Shown here: positions 1 through 9,118 of the stretch, one piece after another
Position numbering within the stretch: position 1 is the first letter of the stretch
Layout: each line of letters begins with the position of its first letter
Translations under genes and position numbers: made by a program
From: an uncultured candidatus Porisulfidus sp.
Lineage (GTDB): Bacteria; Pseudomonadota; Gammaproteobacteria; Poriferisulfidales; Oxydemutatoraceae
Direction of reading: 5' to 3'
Assembly (NCBI GenBank): GCA_965215125.1
Contig: OZ244052.1
Location: 224,001-288,000, forward strand
Length of the DNA stretch: 64,000 nucleotides
The notes under the pieces: generated by a model
The model's database searches: none
What the model saw: the letters and a program-made list of their open reading frames with translations, nothing else
Told to the model about the DNA's origin: nothing

Positions 1-578
1 ATGACAATCTTGTCGTCGGCAGCATAGCGATACGGTGGGACTTCCAAATTCTTAGGTGCCGGTACACCGCGATAAACACGCCCCGCCAAATCAAAACGCG
101 AACCATGACATGCACAAAAGAAACCACCTTCCCATTTAGCACCCAAATCTTCCGGCGCAATATCGGGCCGGTAAGTCGGCGAACATCCGAGATGCGTGCA
201 TATTCCGACCAATACCAAAAACTCCGGCTTGATCGATCTGTATTCGTTATGCGCATACTCCGGCTGCTGCGGCTGATCCGAATTGGGATCACGCAACTGT
301 GGCTCCACATCCTTTAAGGTCTGCAACATCTTCTTGGTTCTGTTGACTATCCATATCGGCTTACCGCGCCACTCTTCACGCACCATCTCACCGGGCTCTA
401 TCTTGCTTAAATCAACCTCAACAGGCGCACCCGCCGCTTGCGTTTTAGCACTGGGCTCCATAGACTTCACAAAAGGAACAGCCGTTGTGACTATTCCTAC
501 TCCTCCTACTATCTGTGCACTGGAACTTAAGAAACGTCGACGCGTAACGTCAACTTTATCATCATCATCGGTAGGCAT
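1..578 (-). CDS. petA: Ubiquinol-cytochrome c reductase Rieske Fe-S subunit (3' end runs off the window)
   Basis: Manual minus-strand translation from ATG 578: MPTDDDDKVDVTRRRFL (Tat motif)...GICTHLGC...FFCACHGSRFDLAGRVYRGVPAPKNLEVPPY, containing both Rieske boxes. Not in the ORF track because the stop lies outside the window. Confidence 0.95.
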   Translation of the reverse strand, partial: MPTDDDDKVDVTRRRFLSSSAQIVGGVGIVTTAVPFVKSMEPSAKTQAAGAPVEVDLSKIEPGEMVREEWRGKPIWIVNRTKKMLQTLKDVEPQLRDPNSDQPQQPEYAHNEYRSIKPEFLVLVGICTHLGCSPTYRPDIAPEDLGAKWEGGFFCACHGSRFDLAGRVYRGVPAPKNLEVPPYRYAADDKIV

Positions 579-790
579 TGTATGACTCTCTGTTTTTAAT
601 GTTTATATCAATAACTCTTGGGGGGGGTTAGCTAAACCAGCCTACACATCGGTAGACCATCACACCATAATTAGTTAGGCGCAGTGGCAAATGTCAAAGC
701 ACTTAACACCATATACTGGAGATTGCCACTGCTAGTTATATTAACTAATACGGGATTATAGCACAATAGCGGGCGAACTGCATATATTCA

Positions 791-897
791 TTCCCCTCCT
801 TGTAGGAGCAGAATAGAGCCGCCGATTGAGCCAGTAGGTCAATCGGCAATTTTGATGTCCGCCCTTAGGGTGGCAAGCTCCGCCTGACGGGGTGGTT
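791..897 (+). repeat. REP-like palindrome (family A) with nested hairpin element (family B, 814-847)
   Basis: ttcccctcc...ggag left part and gggtggca...gcctgacggggtggtt right part, interrupted by gccgattgagccagtaggtcaatcggc. Confidence 0.75.
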
Positions 898-946
898 GCG
901 TCGTGGGGCTGTTGGAAAAGTATCCACGAACTGTAGGGACGGTACA

Positions 947-992
947 TTCCCCTCCTTCGGAGGGGTGGCAGGCGCAGCCTGACGGGGTGGTT
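947..992 (+). repeat. REP-like palindrome family A (clean copy)
   Basis: ttcccctccttcggaggggtggcaggcgcagcctgacggggtggtt; related copies recur more than 10 times in intergenic regions. Confidence 0.85.
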
Positions 993-1102
993 GCACCGGC
1001 ACGATTAACACATCCCCACCCTACTTTAGCAAACACTTCGGGTACACTCCCCAAACAATTTGCTATACTATTGCTACAAAAAAATTGGCAAGGTTCGGAA
1101 TA

Positions 1103-1267
1103 ATGAAATATAGTTTTATCATAATTTTTGCGTTAGCACTTGGAGGATGCACACCCTTTTATGATTTCAAATATCATGAAACAAATAGTAGCCCAGCCCG
1201 TGTGTGCTATAGTAAATATATCGCCGGCGAACCTATCGGAGATTTTTGCAAAAATAAAATTCATTAA
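1103..1267 (+). CDS. Small putative lipoprotein
   Basis: MKYSFIIIFALALGGC has a hydrophobic signal and a lipobox-like LGGC; 54 aa. Confidence 0.5.
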   Translation: MKYSFIIIFALALGGCTPFYDFKYHETNSSPARVCYSKYIAGEPIGDFCKNKIH

Positions 1268-1359
1268 AAGTTTTAGTTTCTGTTTCAGTCCCTAGGTGAG
1301 TTGTTATACTGTTGCTACTTTTTCAACAGCCCCATTTCCCTTTTCTACTTTGGTTTAGA

Positions 1360-1467
1360 GCGACGCAACAAAAAAGCCGCCCGTAGGCGGCCTTTCGAAT
1401 GTTGCGTATATTCACACTTATTAATCCTGATACAAAAATCGTTAATGTGAAATCCCTAATTCAATTT
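1360..1467 (-). ncRNA. tracrRNA
   Basis: Minus strand reads ATTGAATTAGGG (1465-1454) and GTATCAGGATTAAT (1433-1420), complementary to the crRNA repeat, then AAG and 3' hairpins ending in GCCGCC-TACG-GGCGGC-TTTTTT. It lies divergent from cas9. Confidence 0.85.
1370..1391 (-). terminator. Rho-independent terminator of tracrRNA
   Basis: GC hairpin GCCGCC/GGCGGC followed by a U6 run on the minus strand. Confidence 0.75.
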
Positions 1468-1471
1468 TTCC

Positions 1472-1500
1472 AGCGTAGCACACCTTGAATTAAAAAGCAA
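1472..1500 (-). promoter_or_regulatory. sigma70 promoter for tracrRNA
   Basis: TTGCTT-17 nt-TACGCT with an extended -10 TG; the start would fall at about 1465-1467, right at the anti-repeat. Confidence 0.55.
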
Positions 1501-1587
1501 TTTTTCTTTGCGATTTAGCATGTAACCGTATTTATAGTTATAATAGCAGGTTTCATAAATGGATAACCAATAAGGAGGTATATCGTC

Positions 1588-4500
1588 ATGGGAATTAAAT
1601 ATCGCTTAGGGCTGGATGTCGGTGCCAATTCACTCGGCTGGAGTGTGCTGAAACTAGACACGGATGATAAACCTTATAAAATAGAAAATGCCGGTGCACG
1701 CATTTTCTCCGACGGACGAGAACCTAAAGGTCATAGTACCTTGAAGGCAGTCAGGAGAACAGCACGATCTGCCCGCCGAAATAGAGACAGATTCAAACAG
1801 CGACAAACGTATCTGATAAAGGAACTGGAAAAAGCTAAATTGTTTCCGCCGGAATCCGATACTGCGACGCGCCATGCTATACAAAAACTTGACCCTTTAG
1901 AATTGCGGGCTAATGCGCTGCATGAAAAGCTAGACCCCTACCATATAGGTCGTGCATTATTTCATATAAATCAACGTCGCGGTTTTAAGAGCAACCGCAA
2001 AGACACCAGCAAAGAAACTAGGAGCGGTAAGGTCAGTAAATCCGTGATGGCACTATTCAAGAAAATGGGTTTAGTCCAACAAAGTTCTATCCTCGATGAA
2101 CCAGAAAAGCTCTCTGAAGAACAAAAAAAATGGATCCGACAAGAGGAAGCCAAACAAAAGAAAGAAGCGATCACTAAATTAAAAGATTCAGATATTACTT
2201 TCGGTTCGTTTTTGTGGGAACGACGCAAACAGAACCCGCCACAGGCAACCCGTGCTCGTCCCAACGTAGATGGCAAGTTATACGATCTTTATCCGACCCG
2301 AGATCTATTAGAAGACGAATTTGACAAAATCTGTGCTAAACAACAAAAATATCACCCAAAACTTTTAAGCGCGGAAGTCGTCAAACATTTGAGAAAAATT
2401 ATATTTTATCAGCGACCCTTGAAACCCCAAGAGCGCGGCAAATGTGCTTATATGTATAAGGCAGGAGAACTCCGCGCTTTCCGAGCAATGCCGAGCTTTC
2501 AACGCTATCGCATCTATCAAGAAGTTAATAACTTGGAATGGGCCGGTCCGAGACAACCATATCGTTTGAGAGATTACCCCGAAGCAAGGGATGCCGTCGT
2601 GACACTATTAGAGAAACCTACTACTAAAAAAGGCAATGTCACCTTTACTAAAATTAAGAACGTACTTAAAGATCTAGGAGTCGCAGAAGGCGAGTTCAAA
2701 TTAAATTACGAAACCTTGAAAAGAAAAAAAACAAAAAGTAAAAAAAACGAAAAGCAAAAAAAAGACTCGTCAGGTTTGGACGGCAATCTCACCTCTAATA
2801 TTATGCAAAAAGAGGATTGCATCGGAGCGCAATGGCATGATTGGCCCGTAGAAAAACAAGACTCATTCGTTGAATTGATATTAAATGACAAACTCAGCGA
2901 TGCGGAAGTCCGAGATAAGCTAATGAAAGAATACGAACTCTCTCAGGAAGTAGCTACAGTTTGTCTTGAGGCGCACTTGAAAGAAGGCACGGCTCACCTA
3001 TCCTTAAAAGCTGCCAAATTGCTCACGGAAAAAATGAAAAATGAATATTGTGTGCAATCCAAAGCAGTGGAGCGTGTCTCGGAAGAGCACAACGACTTTG
3101 TTAGTCCACTTAGATCTACCGAAGAGGGAAAATTATTAGAGCGATTACCCTATTACGGAGAGTTTTTTCAAGATGGCAAACATATAATTGAGGGAACCCT
3201 AGATAGAGAAGATGAACACGATGCCTTAAAATTTTACGGAGGTGTGACCAACCCGACGGTACACATCGCCTTGAACCAAATCCGCAATGTAATCAATGAA
3301 CTGATAAAACGATATGGGAAGCCGTCCTCCATTGTCATTGAACTAGGTAGAGAGTTACCTGTCGGTGAAGAGGAACGTAAAGAAATAGAAAAAGAGCAGA
3401 AGGAGAATCAAACGAATAATGAAAGAATTGATACAGAACTTAAGGAACTCGGACAGTTTATAAATAGGGATAACAGAATCAGGTTTCGGCTTTGGGAAGA
3501 ATTAAACAAGGATCCTGCCGGACGCAAATGCCCATTTACAGGCAAAACCATCGGTATTCATGACATATTTAGTGATGAATTTGAAGTTGAACACCTTATC
3601 CCTTTTAGCAGATCATTAGATGATAGTTTCTCTAATAAAGTATTGTGCTCAACACAAGCAAACCGAGACAAAGGGCAAAAAACTCCATACGAAGCATTTG
3701 GCGACAGTCTCGGTGGTTACAGCTGGAATGAGATTTTTGAACGTTCTAAAAGGTTGCCCGATAGCAAGCAGTGGCGATTTGAAAAAGACGCTATGAAAAA
3801 GTGGCAACGCAACGAGTCCGATTTCCTAGCCCGGCATCTAAACGACACCCGATATATCGGCAGATTAACCAAAGATTATCTTAAAGCTATCTGTCCATAC
3901 AATGAGATTTATGTTGTCACCGGAAGATTGACTGCCCTTTTACGTGGTCATTGGGGGTTAAACAGTATCCTAAACGAGATACGAACCGATGAGGAACTTA
4001 AAAGGCTTGGACAAGAGGCTAGTAAAGATAATAGAGTTAGGTATTGGCTTTGGGAAGAATTAAACGAGGATCCCAATGGGCGTGAATGTCCCTTTACAGG
4101 GAAGACTATTATTAAAGATGACATATTTAGTGATGAATTTGAAATCGGATATCTCATTCCTGATAGTACATCAAAGGGCGACAGTTTCTCTAATAAAGTG
4201 TTATGTTCGACACAAGCAAACCAAGACAAAGGACAATGTACTCCATACGAGGCATTCGGTCATAGTCCTGACGATTACAACTGGAATAATATTCTGCAAC
4301 GCTCCGAAAGATTGCCTGAAAACAAGCAATGGCGATTTTTAGAAGACGCTATGGAAAAATGGCAGAGCAGAAATTTTGGTAGCAGCAGCTATAATAAAGC
4401 AAAGAAAAGCCGCGACGACCATAGGCATCATGCGATTGATGCCATTGTAATCGGAATGACTACGAGAAGTATCTTGCAACAAGTAGCAACGGCTGCCAAC

Positions 4501-5406
4501 CAATCCGAGGAGTTAAACCTTCCGTATTTATTTAATAAAAAAGAAAATGGTAAAAGCGCAATTGATCCATGGCTCGGATTTCGTGCAGATGTGAAAAACA
4601 TAATAGATAATATCATCGTTTCTCATAGAAAAAGGAACAAACAGTTAGGACAAGGTAGCACAAAGTTAGGACGCGATAGCACAAGCGGACAGCTGCACAA
4701 TAGTACTGCTTATGGCATAGTGACAAAACATGATAATAAAGAGAGTACGGTTGTAGTGCGCCGATCTATAGACAATTTAGTAGGCAAAAAAGAGGGACGC
4801 AGGAAAAGACTGGAATCCATTTGCGACAATTATTTAAGAGAACAATTTTTAGATGCGTTTGATGGCAATGGCAAGGAGGGTGTGATGATTCTAGCTAAAC
4901 AGAAAAATATCAGAGGGTTGCGTTGTATTCAAAATTTATCAATCATTCCTATTAAGGATAAAGAAGGACGGGAATATAAGGCTTTTCACGGAGATAGCAA
5001 CTGGGGATACGAAATTTACGAATACCCGAAAGGACATAAAAAAGCAGGGAAATGGGTAGGATTTCCCATTTCTACTCATGATGCCAATCAAAAAAACTTT
5101 CAACCGGGTTTAACCTTGCGCCGCCGCCATCACCTTCATCCAACCGCTAAACTTGTAATGCGTTTGCATGTCAATGACTATGTGGAAATTATCGGAGAAG
5201 ATGGTACACCGCAAATCATGCGTCTACAGAAAATTTCAAAAGGCTTAGATTTTATTCCTCCTAACGAAGCAAATGTCGCTAAGCGAGTAAAGAATAAAGA
5301 ATTAAAGTTCTTTAATAAGTCAGGCGGTAGCCTACAAAAGCTAAAAAGTCGTAAAATACATATTAGCCCGACAGGGCTTAAAAATTACGATGGCAATTGT
5401 AGCTAA
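1588..5406 (+). CDS. cas9: Type II-C Cas9 with an extra, catalytically degenerate HNH domain
   Basis: RuvC-I GLDVG, Arg-rich bridge helix, RRGFKSNRK, RuvC-II IVIELGRE, HNH EVEHLIP...SNK...ANRDKG, RuvC-III HRHHAIDA. SD TAAGGAGG at 1571-1578. Confidence 0.97.
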   Translation: MGIKYRLGLDVGANSLGWSVLKLDTDDKPYKIENAGARIFSDGREPKGHSTLKAVRRTARSARRNRDRFKQRQTYLIKELEKAKLFPPESDTATRHAIQKLDPLELRANALHEKLDPYHIGRALFHINQRRGFKSNRKDTSKETRSGKVSKSVMALFKKMGLVQQSSILDEPEKLSEEQKKWIRQEEAKQKKEAITKLKDSDITFGSFLWERRKQNPPQATRARPNVDGKLYDLYPTRDLLEDEFDKICAKQQKYHPKLLSAEVVKHLRKIIFYQRPLKPQERGKCAYMYKAGELRAFRAMPSFQRYRIYQEVNNLEWAGPRQPYRLRDYPEARDAVVTLLEKPTTKKGNVTFTKIKNVLKDLGVAEGEFKLNYETLKRKKTKSKKNEKQKKDSSGLDGNLTSNIMQKEDCIGAQWHDWPVEKQDSFVELILNDKLSDAEVRDKLMKEYELSQEVATVCLEAHLKEGTAHLSLKAAKLLTEKMKNEYCVQSKAVERVSEEHNDFVSPLRSTEEGKLLERLPYYGEFFQDGKHIIEGTLDREDEHDALKFYGGVTNPTVHIALNQIRNVINELIKRYGKPSSIVIELGRELPVGEEERKEIEKEQKENQTNNERIDTELKELGQFINRDNRIRFRLWEELNKDPAGRKCPFTGKTIGIHDIFSDEFEVEHLIPFSRSLDDSFSNKVLCSTQANRDKGQKTPYEAFGDSLGGYSWNEIFERSKRLPDSKQWRFEKDAMKKWQRNESDFLARHLNDTRYIGRLTKDYLKAICPYNEIYVVTGRLTALLRGHWGLNSILNEIRTDEELKRLGQEASKDNRVRYWLWEELNEDPNGRECPFTGKTIIKDDIFSDEFEIGYLIPDSTSKGDSFSNKVLCSTQANQDKGQCTPYEAFGHSPDDYNWNNILQRSERLPENKQWRFLEDAMEKWQSRNFGSSSYNKAKKSRDDHRHHAIDAIVIGMTTRSILQQVATAANQSEELNLPYLFNKKENGKSAIDPWLGFRADVKNIIDNIIVSHRKRNKQLGQGSTKLGRDSTSGQLHNSTAYGIVTKHDNKESTVVVRRSIDNLVGKKEGRRKRLESICDNYLREQFLDAFDGNGKEGVMILAKQKNIRGLRCIQNLSIIPIKDKEGREYKAFHGDSNWGYEIYEYPKGHKKAGKWVGFPISTHDANQKNFQPGLTLRRRHHLHPTAKLVMRLHVNDYVEIIGEDGTPQIMRLQKISKGLDFIPPNEANVAKRVKNKELKFFNKSGGSLQKLKSRKIHISPTGLKNYDGNCS

Positions 5407-5435
5407 CACTCTACATTCAATAATCAATTTTTTGC

Positions 5436-6350
5436 ATGCCCGACCAAATCGTTGAAATTACGCAACCGGGTTATTGGTTGAGTAAGTCACGCGGATTTTT
5501 AGAAGTTCAAAGCAACGATGAAAACCAAATCGGTGGAAAGATACCATTAGATGATATTCTATCGGTTGTTATTTCTACTCCAGGATGTTCTCTATCAACC
5601 GTTCTCATAGATTACCTGAGTCGTCGCAATATCCCCATTACGATATGCGGAGCAAACTACCTACCCACAACACTTATCTTACCGATAGATGGTTACAATA
5701 GACAATTCCAAGTCATGCAAAGCCAAACCGATTTATCGGCACCGCGCCGGAAGCGCGCATGGCAAGCTATAGTCAGAGCTAAAATACAAAATCAAGCCGA
5801 TTTACTGGAGTTTGTCGGCAAAAATAATATGCAATTAAAACGCTTAATCTCAAATGTGAAATCCGGCGATGTGGATAATTGCGAAGCTCAAGCAGCACGC
5901 ATTTATTGGCAAAGTTTGTTCGGCGAAGATTTTCGTCGTGACCGCACTGCCACAGATTTGAATACTCCGCTCAACTATATTTACACGGTTATTAGAGCGT
6001 GTATTGCTCGCGGGATTAGCAGTGCAGGATTACATCCTACATTCAGCATACACCATAAAAATCCACAAAATGCATTCAACCTCGCCGATGATTTGATTGA
6101 ACCCTATCGCCCTATTGCCGATTGCTTTGTTTGGAAAAAATATTTCAATAAATTTGATCGACTGACCCCCGAAGTAAAAGCATCTTTAACAAGCATCGTA
6201 AATCTACAAATCCCTGTAGGAGACGAAGTATCCCCTTTATCGTTGGCTGCCATTAAGACATGCCGTTCTTTCGCAAGCTATTGCCTCAATGAAGCAACAA
6301 ATATCTTACTTCCTAAGCTACCTATGTCTTTAGAAATAGGGGCTTTATGA
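5436..6350 (+). CDS. cas1: CRISPR-associated Cas1 (type II)
   Basis: NCEAQAARIYW, FRRDR, LNYIY, GLHP...HH, FNLADDLIEPYRP motifs; directly after cas9. Confidence 0.95.
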   Translation: MPDQIVEITQPGYWLSKSRGFLEVQSNDENQIGGKIPLDDILSVVISTPGCSLSTVLIDYLSRRNIPITICGANYLPTTLILPIDGYNRQFQVMQSQTDLSAPRRKRAWQAIVRAKIQNQADLLEFVGKNNMQLKRLISNVKSGDVDNCEAQAARIYWQSLFGEDFRRDRTATDLNTPLNYIYTVIRACIARGISSAGLHPTFSIHHKNPQNAFNLADDLIEPYRPIADCFVWKKYFNKFDRLTPEVKASLTSIVNLQIPVGDEVSPLSLAAIKTCRSFASYCLNEATNILLPKLPMSLEIGAL

Positions 6351-6691
6351 GTAGTAACCAAAACCATCTAAGCCCGTATCGCATTATGTGGTTATTTGTA
6401 ATGTTTGACTTGCCGGTAGGCACTAAAAAAGAGAGAGAGCAGGCAACAAAATTTCGTCAAGGGCTTCTTGATTTAGGGTTTGAAATGTCACAATTTTCGG
6501 TATACTTAAAATACTGTCCATCAAAAGAAAAATCGGAAGTAGTTAGTGACAAAGTCAAAGTTAAAATTCCGATTGGAGGTAAAGTAGATATTCTGATGAT
6601 AACCGATAAACAGTTTTCAGGCATGAAAAGATTTTATGCAAAAATCGAAATTAAAAGCAGTGCAAAACCGAAGCAGTTACATATCTTTTGA
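6347..6691 (+). CDS. cas2: CRISPR-associated Cas2
   Basis: MWLFVMFDLPV...FRQGLLDLGFEMSQFSVY; ATGA overlap with cas1. No csn2 or cas4, so subtype II-C. Confidence 0.95.
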   Translation: MSSNQNHLSPYRIMWLFVMFDLPVGTKKEREQATKFRQGLLDLGFEMSQFSVYLKYCPSKEKSEVVSDKVKVKIPIGGKVDILMITDKQFSGMKRFYAKIEIKSSAKPKQLHIF

Positions 6692-6752
6692 TTATTTTTT
6701 TCTACGCAATATAGAAAAAAGTATCATCACAATAACTGCTTCGGCGTTGTCT

Positions 6753-7632
6753 GATTATACCATTGAATTAGGGGGTATCAGGACAACGTACATTGTGATG
6801 ACCTTGTCAAAAAAAAGGATTATACCATTGAATTAGGGGGTATCAGGACAACTCATAATCATCATCAAACAAACTATCGTCTGATTATACCATTGAATTA
6901 GGGGGTATCAGGACAACTGTGTAATAGTTATTAGCGAGATGCTCGTAGATTATACCATTGAATTAGGGGGTATCAGGACAACGCCTGGGTCATTATATAT
7001 CTAAGGAGATTAGATTATACCATTGAATTAGGGGGTATCAGGACAACCTAAATAGACCGGTAGTAAGCGGCGATCAGGATTATACCATTGAATTAGGGGG
7101 TATCAGGACAACACTATGACCCAGCTTTTGATTCACCTGATAGATTATACCATTGAATTAGGGGGTATCAGGACAACTATTTGTTGGAATGACTGGGTTG
7201 AGTTTATGATTATACCATTGAATTAGGGGGTATCAGGACAACTAGAAGGAGACGTTCAACTAGACGTACCTAGATTATACCATTGAATTAGGGGGTATCA
7301 GGACAACTTATCAACTTCAACTTCAACTTCAACGCCAGATTATACCATTGAATTAGGGGGTATCAGGACAACTATATTTTACTTCTTTGCATATGATAAC
7401 TCGATTATACCATTGAATTAGGGGGTATCAGGACAACTTGGTGAGCCTTCTCGTGCAAACTATTTTAGATTATACCATTGAATTAGGGGGTATCAGGACA
7501 ACTTATCAACTTCAATATCAACATCAACGCCAGATTATACCATTGAATTAGGGGGTATCAGGACAACTCCTTGCGCGCCATTAAGAACAGGGGGATTGAT
7601 TATACCATTGAATTAGGGGGTATCAGGACAAC
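6753..7632 (-). CRISPR. CRISPR array, cas-proximal segment (14 repeats)
   Basis: 35-bp repeat GATTATACCATTGAATTAGGGGGTATCAGGACAAC every 65 bp with 30-bp spacers. crRNA sense is GTTGTCCTGATACCCCCTAATTCAATGGTATAATC. Confidence 0.98.
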
Positions 7633-7701
7633 AAACTGACCTTCCCCCATTTTCAGGGCCAAAACTTAAATGAGATCTGTATTATAAGTCACCTCTGTGC
7701 C

Positions 7702-7914
7702 TTATGCTAATAAAATCTTAAATAAAGCTAGATTTCCAAGCTCGCATTCCAATATGGGTTGGTTATTCTCGTTCAGTGGCAATTTAGACAAAATCCTATG
7801 TTGTTGCCTAAATTGAAGTCTTGCAACTAAAAAACCAGCCTCATAATGCGCCTTTAAGCGACGATCTCTAGTCGAGATGACCTCTACTAGCTGCTGATTT
7901 TTAGCTCGTTTCAT
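7702..7914 (-). CDS. Possible passenger ORF inside the IS3 element
   Basis: 70-aa ORF between the orfB stop and the terminal IR; no recognised motif. Confidence 0.35.
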   Translation of the reverse strand: MKRAKNQQLVEVISTRDRRLKAHYEAGFLVARLQFRQQHRILSKLPLNENNQPILECELGNLALFKILLA

Positions 7915-7935
7915 AACTACTAAACAAGCCTTACG

Positions 7936-8754
7936 CTACGCAACACGTGTGGCGAATGCTACCGGGGTCATATAATCTAATGAGCTATGCGGGCGTTCAT
8001 GGTTATAGTGGTATCGCCACTGTTCAATAATATGACGCACTTCCTGAAGGCTGCGGAACCAGTGCTGGTTAAGGCAATTGTCTCTAAACTTACCGTTCAG
8101 GCTTTCCACCAAAGCATTCTGGGTCGGTTTACCCGGTTGAATAAAGTATAGTTCCACGCCGCTATCTTGCGACCAGACCTGCATCTTTTTACTAGTGAAC
8201 TCCGGCCCGTTGTCGCAGACGATGCTTTGCGGACAACCTCGCTCGGCGATGAGTTGCTCTAAACATCTCACCACTTGCCCACTGCTAATCGAAAAACCAG
8301 CGAATTGACCGATCAGTTCGCGACTGTAATCGTCCATCACATTGAATATCCTAAACGACCTGCCGTCGCTTAACCGATCATGCACAAAGTCCATTGACCA
8401 GCGACAATTCACCTGTTCAGGCAATGCCTGCCGTTGCCTCGTGCGGATGAGCTTCTTGCGCAGTCTTTTGGGTACTTGCAGTCTCGCTTCTTTGTAGATG
8501 CGGTGAACCCGTTTTTTATTCACTACAAAGCCTGCCTCTCGTAGCAAACGGTAGAGTAGCAAATAGCCATAGCGTGGATACTTGCTTGCCAACTCGCACA
8601 AGCGACTTCTAATCTCTGCATCACAACGCGGCTGTGTTCGATAGTGATAACTACTACGGCTTATCCCGACCAGCTCGCAACTGCGCCTCTCACTCAAACT
8701 CCAATGGGTATTCAGCTCTGCAACAACGCTTCTTTTGCTTGCCGGGGTCACCAC
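7936..8754 (-). CDS. IS3-family transposase OrfB (DDE)
   Basis: WSMDF, CDNGPEF, QNALVESLNG motifs; A6G slippery site at the orfA/orfB overlap. Confidence 0.93.
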   Translation of the reverse strand: MVTPASKRSVVAELNTHWSLSERRSCELVGISRSSYHYRTQPRCDAEIRSRLCELASKYPRYGYLLLYRLLREAGFVVNKKRVHRIYKEARLQVPKRLRKKLIRTRQRQALPEQVNCRWSMDFVHDRLSDGRSFRIFNVMDDYSRELIGQFAGFSISSGQVVRCLEQLIAERGCPQSIVCDNGPEFTSKKMQVWSQDSGVELYFIQPGKPTQNALVESLNGKFRDNCLNQHWFRSLQEVRHIIEQWRYHYNHERPHSSLDYMTPVAFATRVA

Positions 8755-9011
8755 TTTTTTGATAGCACATCCTTGAGGGCGGTGATTTCTAATAGTTGCT
8801 CGCCGAGTAGTTTCTTGAGTCGGTTATTCTCCGATACAAGGTTCTTTAATCGCTTGGCATCATTGACTTCTAACCCGGCATATTTGCTACGCCAGTTGTA
8901 AAAGGTGCCATGCGCTATACCGAGTTCTCGGCAAATGTCCTCTGTGCTGCGACCTGCCTCGTGCGATTTGATCGCACCGATAATTTGCTCTTCTGTATAT
9001 CGTTTATTCAT
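8748..9011 (-). CDS. IS3-family transposase OrfA (HTH)
   Basis: MNKRYTEEQII...ICRELGI...TFYNWRSKY...ENNRLKKL. Confidence 0.92.
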   Translation of the reverse strand: MNKRYTEEQIIGAIKSHEAGRSTEDICRELGIAHGTFYNWRSKYAGLEVNDAKRLKNLVSENNRLKKLLGEQLLEITALKDVLSKKW

Positions 9012-9118
9012 TTTGAAACCTCCTGTTGTTTACTAATTTAACTGGAAATCTCATCTTTGTCATGGCCCAGTTTTGGGGGGTAAGGTCAAAACCCCGACAA
9101 GACCAACCGTAAGCCTAA

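Larger units (their letters stand above)
7637..9088 (-). mobile_element. IS3-family insertion sequence inside a CRISPR spacer
   Basis: TG...CA ends with imperfect IRs (tgaccttcccccattttcagggcca / tggcccagttttggggggtaaggtca) and a 4-bp AAAC target duplication (7633-7636, 9089-9092). Confidence 0.93.

Noticed and set aside
105-585. Plus-strand ORFs 105-317 and 283-585
   Set aside because: Antisense to petA.
756-1103. Short ORFs over palindromes (also 12264-12482, 45792-46079, 60382-60564)
   Set aside because: Translations of family A/B repeats with no coding signal.
1485-1492. TAATTCAA in the tracr promoter as a degenerate repeat or long-tracr (natural sgRNA) element
   Set aside because: Only 8 nt match in AT-rich DNA and no GTTG handle; too weak to call.
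3430-4365. HNH duplication as an assembly artefact
   Set aside because: The copies are only about 70% identical in protein, have many synonymous changes and are separated by unique RuvC sequence. Misassembly would give near-identical copies.
6636-6836. 66-aa ORF after cas2
   Set aside because: Runs through the leader and the first repeats; spurious.
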